DNA of 64,000 nt, taken from the human T2T-CHM13v2.0 reference genome, Homo sapiens. Positions 43,167 through 55,484 of this stretch are shown here, in pieces. Under the pieces are notes generated by a model that made no database searches, was not told where the DNA came from, and worked only from the letters and a program-made list of their open reading frames with translations. The position numbers and the translations under genes were made by a program. The first letter of the stretch is position 1. Each line of letters opens with the position of its first letter. The DNA lies in the NCBI RefSeq assembly GCF_009914755.1, contig NC_060944.1; one strand, given 5' to 3'.

Positions 43167-43774
43167 AGACACACCAAGCATCAGTCTCAGGGCAGGTTTT
43201 CCTTGCAGCCATCTTTGATTTTTAACTCTTCCTCACAGGTTCCCTGCAATCTTGAATCCTTTCTCTTCTTTGAACAGTATCTTGAATTTTCACAGAGGAG
43301 CAGCAGTATGAAAATAAAAACACTTCTGAGTGCTTACTAAATGCAGTTGATCTCATTCATTCTTTACAATGAAGAATGTAGATGAAGCCACTGTTATCTG
43401 TGTTTTGCAGATGAGGAACCTGAGAACACAAGAACATGCAGGGTAGAGAATGAGAGATCTGGAAGTCAAGCCAGTTTGTCTGACTCCAAAGTGCATGATT
43501 TGGTTCTGAGTAGAATGATTCTGAGCATGGGATCTTGGGATAGATTTCCTGGAATGGTATCTTGGCTTCATTCCTATTAGTTTTGTGAGCTTAAATAAAG
43601 AACTTAACCTCTCTGATCACCAGTTTCTTCATCTGCTGTGGGGATAACAAAACCTGCTGCTCCACAGGCAATAGTGAGGATTAAATGACATCATGGACTT
43701 GGTTATTACATAGTAATTTTAGTTAAAATTCATGTATGTATCATCACCGTTACCCATCACTGAACTTCATGGCT

Positions 43775-44240
43775 GCTGTACTGTGCCTCACCTGTTTGCT
43801 CTGATTCATCCCTTATCCTTCCTTGCTCCTTTCTGTGTCATAGGGAGGCTGACACCTGCAGCTGCCTTTTCCAGACTCCCACATTTACGGGTTTCTGGCT
43901 GGGCTTAGCCAATAGGAGGTGCTGATGGGAAATTAGAGGGTTGGAGGAAGAGAGAGGCCAGGGTACTTCTCCCCCTCTGCATCTTAAGGTGGTAGCAGCT
44001 ATGCTTCTTTGATGGCTCCTGTTGTTATGGGACACTTTCTATGCATGAGCATGGCCCCTGGCTCCTAGTAACCCCACCTCCTCCCTCTGTCTCTGGGTGG
44101 TAGCAGCTTCCTGCTATTGTTAATCTCTGGGTTTCCTCTCTGTTTGGTTTCTCAGTCCTTTCATCACCATTACAGCCAATTTCCTGGGATAAACCCTCTT
44201 TGCTTGTGGCTTATTTTCCTTTTTTAGATTCTGATAAAAG
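43775..44240 (+). mobile_element. LTR33-family (ERVL) LTR
   Basis: gggaggctgacacctgc...gccaataggaggtgctgatgggaaattagagggttggagg. Confidence 0.7.
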
Positions 44241-45198
44241 CACTTTTAATATGATAGTGTCATTTCCATGTCTGAAATAATTTTACAGTTCTGCTGCTGA
44301 GATCCTTGTGCTAGACACACAAACTTTGGACAAGGCAGGGATGGGAAGAAATAGGATCAAGGTGATTGAAGAAAAGAAGTCCTAACAATTATGGAGAATC
44401 TGTTACATATTGTACTGTTTACACCTTATTTCAGGCTTGGCTTATTTCATCTTTACACTGTAAAACTATACAACTGGCATTACTGCACCCATTTTATGGA
44501 TAGACAAAATAAGATGCTCAAGAAAGATTAAAGAGCCATGTTAGCAGTAGGTCTTTGCTGGAGGTGATACCAAGGGAATTCCAATGATACTCATCTAAAT
44601 TCAAAGACACTCCCTACTACCTCTCAAGGAGAGGAGACCTTCCTCTCCACCAGCATTCACAATGACAAAAAAAAAAGAAAGAAAAGTTTCTGACTCTGGT
44701 TAGATCAACAATAGCTGATGGGTAATTAGGCTGAAAAAAATTGCTGGCACCTCCCAAATTGACCTGGTGATAAGGACGAAAGCACGGCAGTACTTGGGAG
44801 TACAGCCCTGAAAGGTTAATGCCACACTCTGACATGTGGATGTTGTTCTCCTGGCCAGATATTCACATGGGTGGCAAACTCCCATTGGTGCACCCAGGAT
44901 TTGACACAGATGTACTCACACTTAAACAATATGTGACCTAAGTGGACACCCTACTGGATGTCAGCAGAGGGGCAGCTGGCTCACTATGGGTTCCAGCATA
45001 GAGAAAGAGGGTTGGCCTATTCCCAGGGCAGTGGTTTGAGAATGTGGTGGCTGTAGAACATGTGTCAAATCCGGAGGTGGAGTCTTTATCCCTCCCCTTG
45101 AATGTGGACTGGCTTTAGTCATTCACTTATAATGAACAGCATCCTACGGAATTGATGCTCTGGGCTTCCAAGCCTGGGTCATAAAAGATATACAGCTT

Positions 45199-45563
<365 letters not shown>

Positions 45564-45774
45564 TCAAGACACAACCCTTGATGCCTTGGACCTCTATGTA
45601 AGAAATCCGGCTGCCCTGAAGCTGCCATCTAAAGGGACCTTTTGGGGAGATCATGTAGATATAGAGATGCCCAAGGAACCCCAGCTGTCCCAGAGCCCAG
45701 CCATTTGAGTCTTCCCAGTCTGGGCACCTGCCATGAGTGAGTAGACCTTCAGCTGTTTCTAGCTCCCTGAGAGA

Positions 45775-46039
45775 GGGCAGGGACTGGGGCAGGAACAGTG
45801 AGAAGGAGCAACAGTGCTGAGCCAGCCATAGAGGAGCCTGGGGCAAAAGGAAACACCAGTAATGCTGACCCTGTCTTTAAAATTTTGATGTTTTGTTCAC
45901 AGATGTTTTGCATTAGTTTTGATTTTTAAAAAGTATCAGTTGAAATATTATTTATCTCAATGACTGAGTTTTTTTGGCATCCCTTTAAAATGTGTGCCCA
46001 AGGTGAGTGCCTCATTTGCCTCATCTTAGTCCTTGCCTG
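45775..46039 (-). mobile_element. MER96B-like hAT element
   Basis: Inverted ends agggcagggactgggg...cttagtccttgcctg, AT-rich core, tgagaga on both sides. Confidence 0.55.
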
Positions 46040-46556
46040 TGAGAGACCTTAAGCAAGAGCTGCCTGGCTGATCCAAGTCGGTGCCCAGAAGACACAAGGG
46101 CCATAATGACATTGGACTGATTCATTTTGCAGCAATAGCTGCATACAAAGAATAATCATGGTCAGTTTGCCTGGATTTAAATACTGACTCCACTACCAGT
46201 TAGCTGGTGTCACTGGACATGCTGGCTAACCTTGCCAAGCTTCAATTTCATCATCTGCAAAATGGGCACAATAACAGTACTCTCTTCATGGGATTGTTGC
46301 GAGAATGAAATGTAAATGTTCCATGCGAAGCATTAAACACACTGCCTTGCATACAGAGAGTGCTCAGTAAATGTTAGCTATCATTATTTTTGTTTTTGCT
46401 GCCATTGTTACATAGCAGTTGGAGAACCTGGGAGAGCTCTGCCTGGATAATTTCATGGGGCCAATGTCCTTCCATTATGCTGCATTGTACCATCGAGGAT
46501 AATTGCTCTCTGAGCTATATTTCCATTACCAGGTGCCATATCACAGCAATGTTTTA

Positions 46557-46902
<346 letters not shown>

Positions 46903-47154
46903 TAAAAGTGTTAAATATAGAACTATCAAATAGATGGACTAAAGACATATCAAGCTCTTGGTAAGAACAACAGTCTTGGACTGACAACCTCTGAGTTAAA
47001 GGACAGCCGTGTTTTCAGAATGAGAGCACAACTAGATAATTGATTGGTTCATCCTCTTCCCTCTGGCTGGTGTTGCATTTTGGTTGTAAATATGCACGAA
47101 GTGTGTGCATGTGAATGTGGGACTGGAGGGAAACCATGAGTATCTAATTAGGCA

Positions 47155-47450
47155 TGTTTATATGTGACCTGTGTGCTTATGTGTGTGCGTGTGTGTCTGT
47201 GTGTGTGCATGCATGTGTCTGCGTGTCTCTGTGTTTCTACATATGGGTCTGTGTGTATATGTGTGTGTGCCTGTGTATATCTGTGTGTATGTGTGTTGTG
47301 TGTCTGAAGGTAAACTCCAAGAAGGCAGGGGCCATGTACTTAGCATAGTCACTGGTACAGAATAAACACTCACTATTTGTTAAATGAATGAATGAATGTG
47401 TATGCGTGTCTGTGTGTGTGTGTGTGCATGCATGTCCATATGTGAGTGCG
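47155..47450. repeat. Degenerate (TG)n tracts
   Basis: gtgtgtgcgtgtgtgtctgtgtgtgtgcat... Confidence 0.85.
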
Positions 47451-47659
47451 GGTGTTTGGGTTTCTGAGAGTGGGGTTATTAATGCTTGAGTGGGTGTGAG
47501 GGTCCTACATCTGATTATGTGTTTAGGTTTCTGTAAGTCTAGAACTTGACCATGCAGAGACAATGAATTTTCTTGCACTCCTCTGACCCCTACCTGTGCT
47601 CCCACTCATCTTCCTTAGGGCTCCCCTTGCCTGGGGAGCTACCCTCCTCACCAGCCTGT

Positions 47660-48045
47660 AGCCAGCCCCCATTTGGACCTTTACTTCTGTGTGTCTTCCG
47701 GAGGACACAGATGGCAGGAGCACGGAATCGGAAGCACTTGGCAATGAAGCAGCAATTCATTCCGCAATCCCTTCGTATTCATCGCAACAATGCCTGCTCT
47801 GATGGGCTCCGCGCGCTGAATGCAGCTTTCAATGTGCAATCCAGCGGGAATTGTGGTGCTTTGTGGTCCTCATCACGTCCACTTATTGTCAAGTGTTGCT
47901 GAGAATTCTCCCACTCGGGATGAGGGAACCACTTGTTTTAGCAACTGATTTCCGAAACCTTCTCTGGGTTGGGGTATCTGCGAAGCTCCTGGTGATGTGT
48001 TATTGTTCCTGGTTTGTGTTTTGGACACTCATGTGCTCTGCTGAA
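47660..48045 (-). pseudogene. Possible terminal EVC-like pseudo-exon(s), CpG-retaining unique sequence
   Basis: HQELRR...TQRRFR and FIAK...RAP weakly resemble recalled EVC HQRMLSQQKRFL and FISEL...RVP. About 14 CpGs in about 300 bp. Confidence 0.35.
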
Positions 48046-48104
48046 GTATGTAAATTGCCATAATGTGAGGAAATGTGATATAAAAATAACTCCGGGGCAA
48101 CAAA

Positions 48105-48356
48105 CACCAGAGGAGCTCCAAGATTGGCACAGCCTTTCCTGGTCCTGCCTTGGGGCTAGGGAGCATCTCTTGCCGGCAGTGTTGGCAGCAAAGGCCTGAG
48201 ATGCCCTGGAATGACCACTGCCCATCCTCCTGCAGCTGCCCAGCTGGCCTGCTGGAGAAGGGCGGGTGAGACCCCTCCTAGGAAGGCAGGAACAGCTGGA
48301 TGTGGACCGTCTCCTTTTTTCGCAGCTGGTCAACAGAACCACAGGCTTTGCTCTGG
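48105..48356 (-). pseudogene. EVC-like pseudo-exon (DQLRKKETVHIQL...FQGISGLCCQHCRQEM...QDQERL)
   Basis: Acceptor attccctttag|, GC3-rich. GISGL at 48191-48205 versus recalled GVSRL. Confidence 0.5.
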
Positions 48357-48418
48357 CTAAAGGGAATCTGCCACCCCTGACTATTCAGGTGGCTGCACAC
48401 ACTCAGGGGCAAATTCAC

Positions 48419-48936
48419 ATTCATTGTTGGCCGCCCACAGCCCGTTCATCTTGCCAGCAGGGGGCTGTTTCCCAGGATCCCAGGTCAGGTGGCTTCAGCT
48501 GGGATCCACTGGGAAGCATTGATGGGGAGTGGAGGACAGCGGAGGGGAGGATGGAGACAGGAGGAGCTGGGAAAGTCTCTGTTTCCCTCTCCTCTCTGAC
48601 TCAGATAATGTCTTCAGGAGCAGCTGGTCTCCTCTGTGGATCCAGACCCTAAAGGTGACCTCCTGTGGTCTTAGCTTCTGGCAGAAGACCCTTGCTCCTG
48701 GTCATCCCATCTCTCCTCTGACCCTCTGGCCTAGCGGTGGTGGTGATCTCCTGCTGTTGTTTATCTCTGGGTTGACTCACTGGCCCTTGTTTGGCCTCTC
48801 AGCTCTTCCATTACCCATGTGACAGATTCCTGGCATCGAAGTCCCTCTGTTTTAAGTGTTCAGTAGTTTCTTTTTCTTGTTTAGACTCTGATACTTCATC
48901 AAGGACGTCTTGGACTACCAGATCTTCCTCCATGGC
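48419..48936 (-). pseudogene. EVC-like pseudo-exon split by LTR33 (AMEEDLVVQDVLDE [LTR] ...QDERAVG)
   Basis: Acceptor catttcctcgacag| reads well in phase 0, matching the upstream phase-0 donor. Coding-like sequence resumes on the far side of the LTR33. Confidence 0.5.
48462..48894 (+). mobile_element. LTR33-family LTR inserted into a pseudo-exon
   Basis: tttcccaggatccc...ctcctgctgttgtttatctctggg...ccctctgttttaag...gactctgatac; similar to the 43.8-kb copy. Confidence 0.65.
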
Positions 48937-49259
48937 CTGTCGAGGAAATGAATCAAAAGGCAAACCAGGCACAAGGGAAACAGGCCATTTTTCTACAAGG
49001 ATGGAACTGAAGGGGAATTAACAGCAATAACAAAAATATCTAACATTTACTAAGTTCCACATGTTGGTCACTGTGCTCAGCACTTTATACTTATTATCTT
49101 ATTTAATACAGTAACCATTTGAGGTGGATATTACTATTATTCTATTCTATATGAGAAAGCTGAGGCTTACAGAAGTGAGGCTGATATATCTAACAGAGTG
49201 TGCACGCAATGGTCAGGATTTGAATCTAGCAGCTTTATCCCAGGACTCAGGCTGCAGGA

Positions 49260-49580
49260 CACAGTGTGCTTCTCCTTTTTTAGTAGCACCTTTCAAGCTG
49301 TAGCTGGTGGTGCTGTAGTTCCACTTGATGTTACACAGGCAATAACAACAAAGGGTTCTACAGTGCACTGAAATTGGGGACATGGCATGTTCTATCCCCA
49401 CCCTATCTTGGAGGTTTGCAATGCATATTGACATATTAAAGGCTCTGATAAGTCCTGCAGGAAAGAAGCACCTCTAGTTCAGTGAACCCCAAGTGTTCCC
49501 CTGTGGAATTCTCGTGTTACTCTTGTTAGCATCCTTTAGGGGTTGGTGGTCCAGGGACGTCATTTTGGAAAATAGTGCCC
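49260..49580. mobile_element. hAT-Charlie (Charlie4-like) fragment
   Basis: caatgcatattgacatattaaaggctctgataagtcctgcag. Confidence 0.5.
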
Positions 49581-49870
49581 TAGAGAGGGGACTCATCTTG
49601 AGAATATCATATTTTATATATATAGTTGTATTTAATATTTTAAGATGAATTATCTGAAAAATCGACTGGGGACAGAGGTCTTAACATTGCAGATTGAGAA
49701 AATGCCTTAGGAATGATTGCTTCTAATGCCTTTCCCACTTCCTGAATTATTCTCTCCTGTCCCATCAAAGTGTTCGTGGGCTTTGCCTGGACTCTCCCAG
49801 GACTGAAGCATCCTCCCTCCAAAGCCTTGCAAGCTATTGTTGGATGTCTTGGAGGCTGAAAGACATTCAC

Positions 49871-50046
49871 CTTCCTGTAACTCTCATCCATGGACTTTGC
49901 TTCTTTTCTCACGGGGCAGTTCACTGACTTTTAGAATGTATTCATCATGTCCACCTTCTGTCTTGCATTTTCCAGCCTAATCTGTTTCTGTTCCCTGGTG
50001 GGTTTGCACACCCTCCAGGGTGCCCTCCTCCTTGGAGGCTGGTGCC
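49871..50046 (-). pseudogene. EVC-like pseudo-exon (REQKQIRLENARQKVDMMNTF*KSVNCPVRKEAKSMDESYRK)
   Basis: Branch-like cctaat, acceptor caacacag| and donor aag|gtgaat. One TAA (CAA>TAA) and a frameshift near the start. Confidence 0.65.
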
Positions 50047-50399
50047 CTGTGTTGAACCAGCAGAATTAGGGTGTGCCAGCTATATGCAGAGGTGAGAATA
50101 GAACTCCTGCCTTTTAAACTTTCTGTATCTACTAATATTAATAACATTCATATTGTAAATGCTGTCTTCTGGCCACCAGATCAGAGTTTTCAATGAGATT
50201 GAATCTATATAGTCAGCCCAAGCTTTGACATGTCCTATATATTATTTTTAATTTCACAGAAGCTGCTGTTTGTGTCTCCCTCATCCTATGCTTCTGCAGA
50301 TGATTTTGAGATCCTATTGCAGGACTTAGCAAATGTCTCTATCAAATGTTATTTCATTAGTTTGACGCTTTATCTCTGTTTTCTCTTGCATCTCATTCA

Positions 50400-50520
50400 C
50401 ATCCACAGTCTACATTTTCATCCACATCGTTGATAAAAATGTTGGATAGGATAAAGTCAACCATAGTGACCTGGGACTCACCAACAGACCTTGACACTGG
50501 TCTACTAGACAACGACTTGC
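50400..50520 (-). mobile_element. Possible L3/CR1 LINE remnant
   Basis: ttcatccacatcgttgataaaaatgttggatagga resembles the antisense CR1 RT region. Confidence 0.4.
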
Positions 50521-50836
50521 TTATTAAGCCCTGTCATAGGCATTCCCACATTTCTACTTTCCTTTGATTAAACTGATGCTCAGGTATGTAAAATAAAATG
50601 TACAATGAGAATGCACTTGTGGCAGGACTGGTACCTAAAGCCCATGCTCAGTCCAAGAAAGTTTGCCATTCTTCAATAGAAATGTGCTCTGCCTTCCAAC
50701 CAAGGCTATTGGGAAAACATGGTCTGAAAACGTTTTGCAGGATATGGCAGAGTTACCCCTGGGTAGTACAATGGTGGCCAGGGCTTCCTAAGTCACACTG
50801 GGCTGTGTAACATGATGGTGCTCCCAGCATCCTCAC

Positions 50837-50958
50837 ATCCCCATCTTTGCAGATGGTGATGACGTGGTTCCCCCAGCATCTCCGACACCCTTCAATGAAG
50901 CAGTCTTCATTGCCTCACAGACCCGCCTGCCTGAGTTTTCTACCTGGCCTGCCCCATT
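50837..50958 (-). pseudogene. EVC-like pseudo-exon (PGRKLRQAGL*GNEDCFIEGCRRCWGNHVITICKDGD)
   Basis: TGA at 50915-50917 is explicable as CGA>TGA, which restores LRGN. Spacing to the downstream R and H equals recalled EVC. Donor gat|gtgagg. Confidence 0.65.
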
Positions 50959-52253
50959 CTCAACAGGACAGAAGAGCAGAGGGTCATAGGTCACACCAGC
51001 ACTAGGAGGTTCCCATGAACACCTCCTGGATGACTCATTAGCATATTAATGCACAGCCTGTCTCCTGAGAATTAAACAAAGTTAGGGGTCATTTAATTGG
51101 AAATCTAAAGGACAGCACCTACCACAATCTGTCCAGAATTTATGCACGTCTGTCTTGATGAACTTGGAGGGAATGGATGATTCACAATGGGCCACCTGCC
51201 TTCTGATTTATAACCCATCATTTACATGTTACTAAAGTCAATTGGCACGTGCAGAAGGTCATCCTCAACTAGAATTAGGCTCACTAAATCTCTGGGGGCC
51301 TGGTGTTCTAGTCAAGTTGTGCCCCAATCATAGGGCCTAGGCTTCTATGGCCAGAGGAAATGACGAAAGACCTGGGCCAAAGAGTCTTGGGAAGGACAGT
51401 GTCCAACCCCAGGGAGCCCTGGCCTCCTGGTGGACTGTACTACTCAGTAGATTGTAGACTCTAGGTCATTGTTAAGAGCATGAGATCTAGAGTGAGACTG
51501 TTTACTTTCTAGCCCTCTAACTTTGAGGAAGCCACCTAACCTTTCTTAGCTTTGGTTTTTTGTCTATAAATGGCAATAATAAAAGTAACAACATCACAGG
51601 GTTGTGAAAATTAAAATGAGCTACATTAAATATTTAGGAAAGGGCCTAGTATATGAGGATGCTTGCTCAGTGTTGGTTATGAGATTCTAGTAGTTGAGTG
51701 GCCCATTTGTGGAATCAAGACGACTTGTATTCAAATCCTGGTTCTGTTATTTAATAGCTGTATGACCCAGTGAAATGTACTTACAGTCTCTCAGTCTTTA
51801 TGTTTTCATAAGTAGTCTGAAGATGAAGTAGGTAATAATGCACCTAATTCTCAGGGCGGTGGTGAGTTTGAGTTAAAGGGGGCTATTTAGGTAAAACACT
51901 CAGCAGTGTGTTTTTCAAATAGCCCTGCTGCTCTTTAAAGGTTAGCAATGTGAAAGAAGGTTGTGGTAAGTCTCGATTTGGACTACCGCCTGTCTGACCA
52001 GATCTTGTTTCATAGTTTGTCATGCATGAGCTGCGAGCTGGCCTGTTGTTCTCTCCTCATGTATTTTAAATGTATTTGTAATATTTTGTTCTTAAAAAAT
52101 AATAATTGTATGTTTTTATGGGGCACAGTGTGATGTTTTGATAGTGTATATATTGTGGAATGATTGACAACAGCCACATTTCTCACCTACAGGATCAAAG
52201 ATTCCTTGTTCTTTCTTGACTTGCTTTCATAAATATCTATAGCTCTTGTTTTT

Positions 52254-52307
52254 TTTTTAAATTTTATTATTTTTATACTTTAAGTTTTAGGGTACAAGTA
52301 CACAACA
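52254..52307 (-). mobile_element. Extremely 5'-truncated L1PA insertion (about 54 bp)
   Basis: tatactttaagttttagggtaca is the primate L1 3' terminus. TSD CTTGTTTTT at 52245-52253 and 52308-52316. Confidence 0.8.
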
Positions 52308-52526
52308 CTTGTTTTTACTTCTTCAGGCTTTCCCCATTTTGCCTCTCCGAAATTCCCTACTCAGAATCTACCTTTAGCCCACGAACATATCAACTCTCCT
52401 TTGACTAAATAATTGGGATTTTTTCTTCCCTTGTCTACTTTGAATTTGAAACATCCAAGTGCTGGCAAATGGATTCTTTCCATGGTAGAAGCAGCACTGA
52501 CATTCATAGCCAGGCTTCACTCTCAC

Positions 52527-52727
52527 CTGTGTTCAGGGCATGGAGTCTGTGAGTTTGAGTAACAGCCTGCAGCCCCTGCTCATAGCACGGAGATCTCTGT
52601 TCTATTGATTGATAACCCTGGTCAGAGCCTTAGTGACCACCTGCTCTGACCATTGGGCAGCAGGACCATGGCTGAATTAGCAGCCATCCAAGGCACATAC
52701 AGAGTGGACCTACTCAGGAAACTTGTG
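52527..52727 (-). pseudogene. EVC-like pseudo-exon (WSEQVVTKALTRVINQ*NRDL / YEQGLQAVTQTHRLHALNT)
   Basis: Canonical acceptor cattttctccactcag| and donor cag|gtgaga bound 201 bp. Contains stops and a frameshift. Motif order matches recalled EVC. Confidence 0.65.
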
Positions 52728-53649
52728 CTGAGTGGAGAAAATGATGAACAGAGTTACAAAAATTAGAGGGTATGTTTCCTTCTTCCTTCCTTCTCTTAAA
52801 GAGAGTTAATAAGTGGTGCCTTTCTTGAGGTAAAACACATAGAATCAACATTTTCCTTATCAACATGTTATTTTCAACATTTAAAGTAATCTCAGTGGGT
52901 TGATATTTTTTGGAAAAGTTAGTTGACTTATTTCCAGTGAATTTTCCTGAGTTTTCATTATTAAAAAAACATAAACTACTCGTGATGCATTTTATAATCA
53001 ATTCATTGTAATAGCTAATATGTATTGATTGCCTTCTCTATGTCAAATCCCAGGCTTGGTGCTTCATGTACCAATCCCCTGCCATCCTCCCAAAGGCCCT
53101 GAGACTTAGGTATTTGTATTATGGTAATTGCTCCAGCTGTCCCAACATACAAACTGTGAAATCTCAGTGGCTTAATGTGATTAAGTTGTATTTCTCACTC
53201 TTAGTTTGATGGGGTTGGGTGGGCTCTCTGTTGCAGTTACAACATCTGCAACGTGTGGCCCCCAGGGTCACTATGATAAAGGGAGGGAGGAAATGAGACT
53301 TTTATTGGGTGTGTTTAAAAGTCAGGCCTCGAAGCGACTGACATCACTTCCACCCATATCCCATTGACCAGAACTCAGTCCATGGCCCAACCCAAGTGCA
53401 AGGGGGGCTGGGAAAGATACAAGACTACGTGGACATTTGATAGTCGCTAGCACTATTCACTACATGTCATTTCTATTTAATCAACAAAAACCAGAAGTTC
53501 ATAAAGTTAAATAAATTGCTCCAAGTCATACATAGTAAGAGGAAGAGCCAGCAATTGGAATCAGATCTCCTGACCTCGAAGCCTATGCTACCCCAACTTT
53601 TGTTCACCCCATCTTTCGTGAGTTCTGTCCTTTAGAGAGAAAAGATACA

Positions 53650-53720
53650 TATCTTTGGATGCTAGAGAGGTCTGGATATGGGGTCAGCTTCACACTCCAT
53701 CCATCTGCAGCCGAGGGGAG
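53650..53720 (-). pseudogene. Possible small pseudo-exon (SPRLQMDGV*)
   Basis: Strong acceptor cttatcccttctctcag|. The translation assumes phase continuity with the preceding donor. Little peptide evidence. Confidence 0.3.
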
Positions 53721-53834
53721 CTGAGAGAAGGGATAAGGTCCATTCCTTATTTAAATGCTATGCAATCCAAGGCAAGCAGCTTAACTACTCCAAGGCTCGA
53801 TTTCCTATCTACAAAGGGTAGGAACTAATCATAC

Positions 53835-54423
53835 TGCCACAGACAGAATTCTAAGATGGCATCCAAGATTTATGTTTGCTGTTGAACATTCCCGATATAA
53901 TCTCCTTCCCATGAGTGTGGGCAGGATCCATGAATGTGATGGAGTTATGCTACATTATATGGCAAAGGAGATTTTATAGATAAAACTATGGTCCCTGATC
54001 ATTTTTGACTCTGAGTTAATAAAAAAAGATTATCCTGGGTGGTCCTGACCTAATCAGGTGAGTCCTTAAAAATAATAAGAAAATGCAGTAGATGCTCTTT
54101 TGCTGGCCTAGAAAAAAGCGAAAAGCCATGTTATAAATTGCCTGTGAAGGTCACATTGCTAGGACCTGAGGGTAGCTCCTAAAAGCTAAAAGGGACCCTA
54201 GCTGACAGCCAACAAGAAAACATGATCTCAGGCATACTAAAAGAAACTGGATGCTATAAACAACTTGAATGAGTTTGGAAGAGGACCCTGAGCTGCAGAT
54301 GAGACCACAGCCTAGCTAACCTGTGCCTGGACTTCTGATCCACAGAACTCCTAAAGTAAATTTATGTTGTTTTAAGCTGCCAAATTTGTGCTAATTGACT
54401 ATGTAGCAATAGAAACCAACACA
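53835..54423 (+). mobile_element. MLT1E-family LTR nested in a MIR
   Basis: TG...CA ends. 5-bp TSD CATAC at 53830-53834 and 54424-54428. Confidence 0.85.
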
Positions 54424-54638
54424 CATACCCATCTTGGAGTGTTGTTGGGAGGGTTAATTAAGACAACACATGCTACCTCTCCTAATACAAGGCTTGGCAC
54501 ATTGTAGGCATCAAAAATAGCCTGATGAACTGAGTCAAATTTCCCAGGATTTAAGGTGTCCAGAAGTTTGACTCTTGCTTCTCTGAGGACAGTTCTTCCT
54601 TTGGCTATGGTTGGTATGAGGGGAACTTGCACATTCAC

Positions 54639-55066
54639 TATCTTAGGTCAAGTTCCCTAGAAGCAGAGCCTGTGCATGTGATGAGTTGAGGGAGGGCCTT
54701 CCAGAAGAACTCATGATGAGGTGAGAGAAGCAGGATGGGCTGGGGAAGAAGCTAGATCAAGTTGTGTGTTTAGCTGGAGACTAGCCTCAGCCTGAGCACA
54801 TGGGGAGCCCGGGACCATGAATGGCACCACAGGCTTTGCCTACCTCAGGGCATGGGGTTGGGCTCTTGTATTCCACCATCAATCAGTTATGGGCTGGGGA
54901 CCTCCCCTAGTGGGTGAAGGAGGGAGCTAACTCCCAAGCATTTCCAGGGCGATAAGTAGTGCCCACCCAGGACAATTCTCCAAAGAATGGGGCAGCTATG
55001 AGCTGCTTGCGGTGAGGCAGTACCTGGTAAAGGGGATCTGAGTGGGGCACCGACTGTATTTGCTAC
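54639..55066 (-). mobile_element. LTR16-family LTR
   Basis: tcttaggtcaagttccctagaagcagagcctg...tgctaca. Confidence 0.7.
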
Positions 55067-55129
55067 ATTCTCCTTTTCTGCTGGTCAATGTGTTGATCTC
55101 TCAGGTTCTATTCTCAGTCCTTTACCTAC

Positions 55130-55318
55130 CTTTCAGCCTCATAGACTTGAAGATCCCGGTTCAAGCCTTTTCTGTGATTATTTGGATCTTTCAAGGGTCT
55201 CCACAGACTCTCATCTCCATCGTTACACACAGACTCCAGCCAGCTCAGCTCTGATGTCATGCCCACGCCACCTCCAGTACCCCAGCACCCTGGGTGCCGG
55301 CTCCTTTAAGCCATGCTG
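55130..55318 (-). pseudogene. Putative EVC-like pseudo-exon (...KGLNRDLQVYEAE)
   Basis: Strong donor aag|gtaggt at 55129. Open frame is codon-aligned with the + ORF 55042-55254. Acceptor is weak. Confidence 0.45.
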
Positions 55319-55484
55319 CTAGATTAAGTACTTAAATATTTGTGGCCCCTGTTATGTGCCAGGTACTGTGCTGGGGGTGGGTGGGAGGAAATAAGGGTAT
55401 ATTAAGAAGAAGACCTTTCCCAGAGTTTACATTCTAGTAAGAAAGAGACTCATGAAAGAATCAATTATACAACTGTGGATGGCG

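Noticed and set aside
52668-52770. Plus-strand Kozak ATG with short ORF MAELAAIQGTYRVDLLRKLVLSGENDEQSYKN
   Set aside because: Only 32 codons, overlapping the antisense of a better-supported minus-strand pseudo-exon, with no other support.
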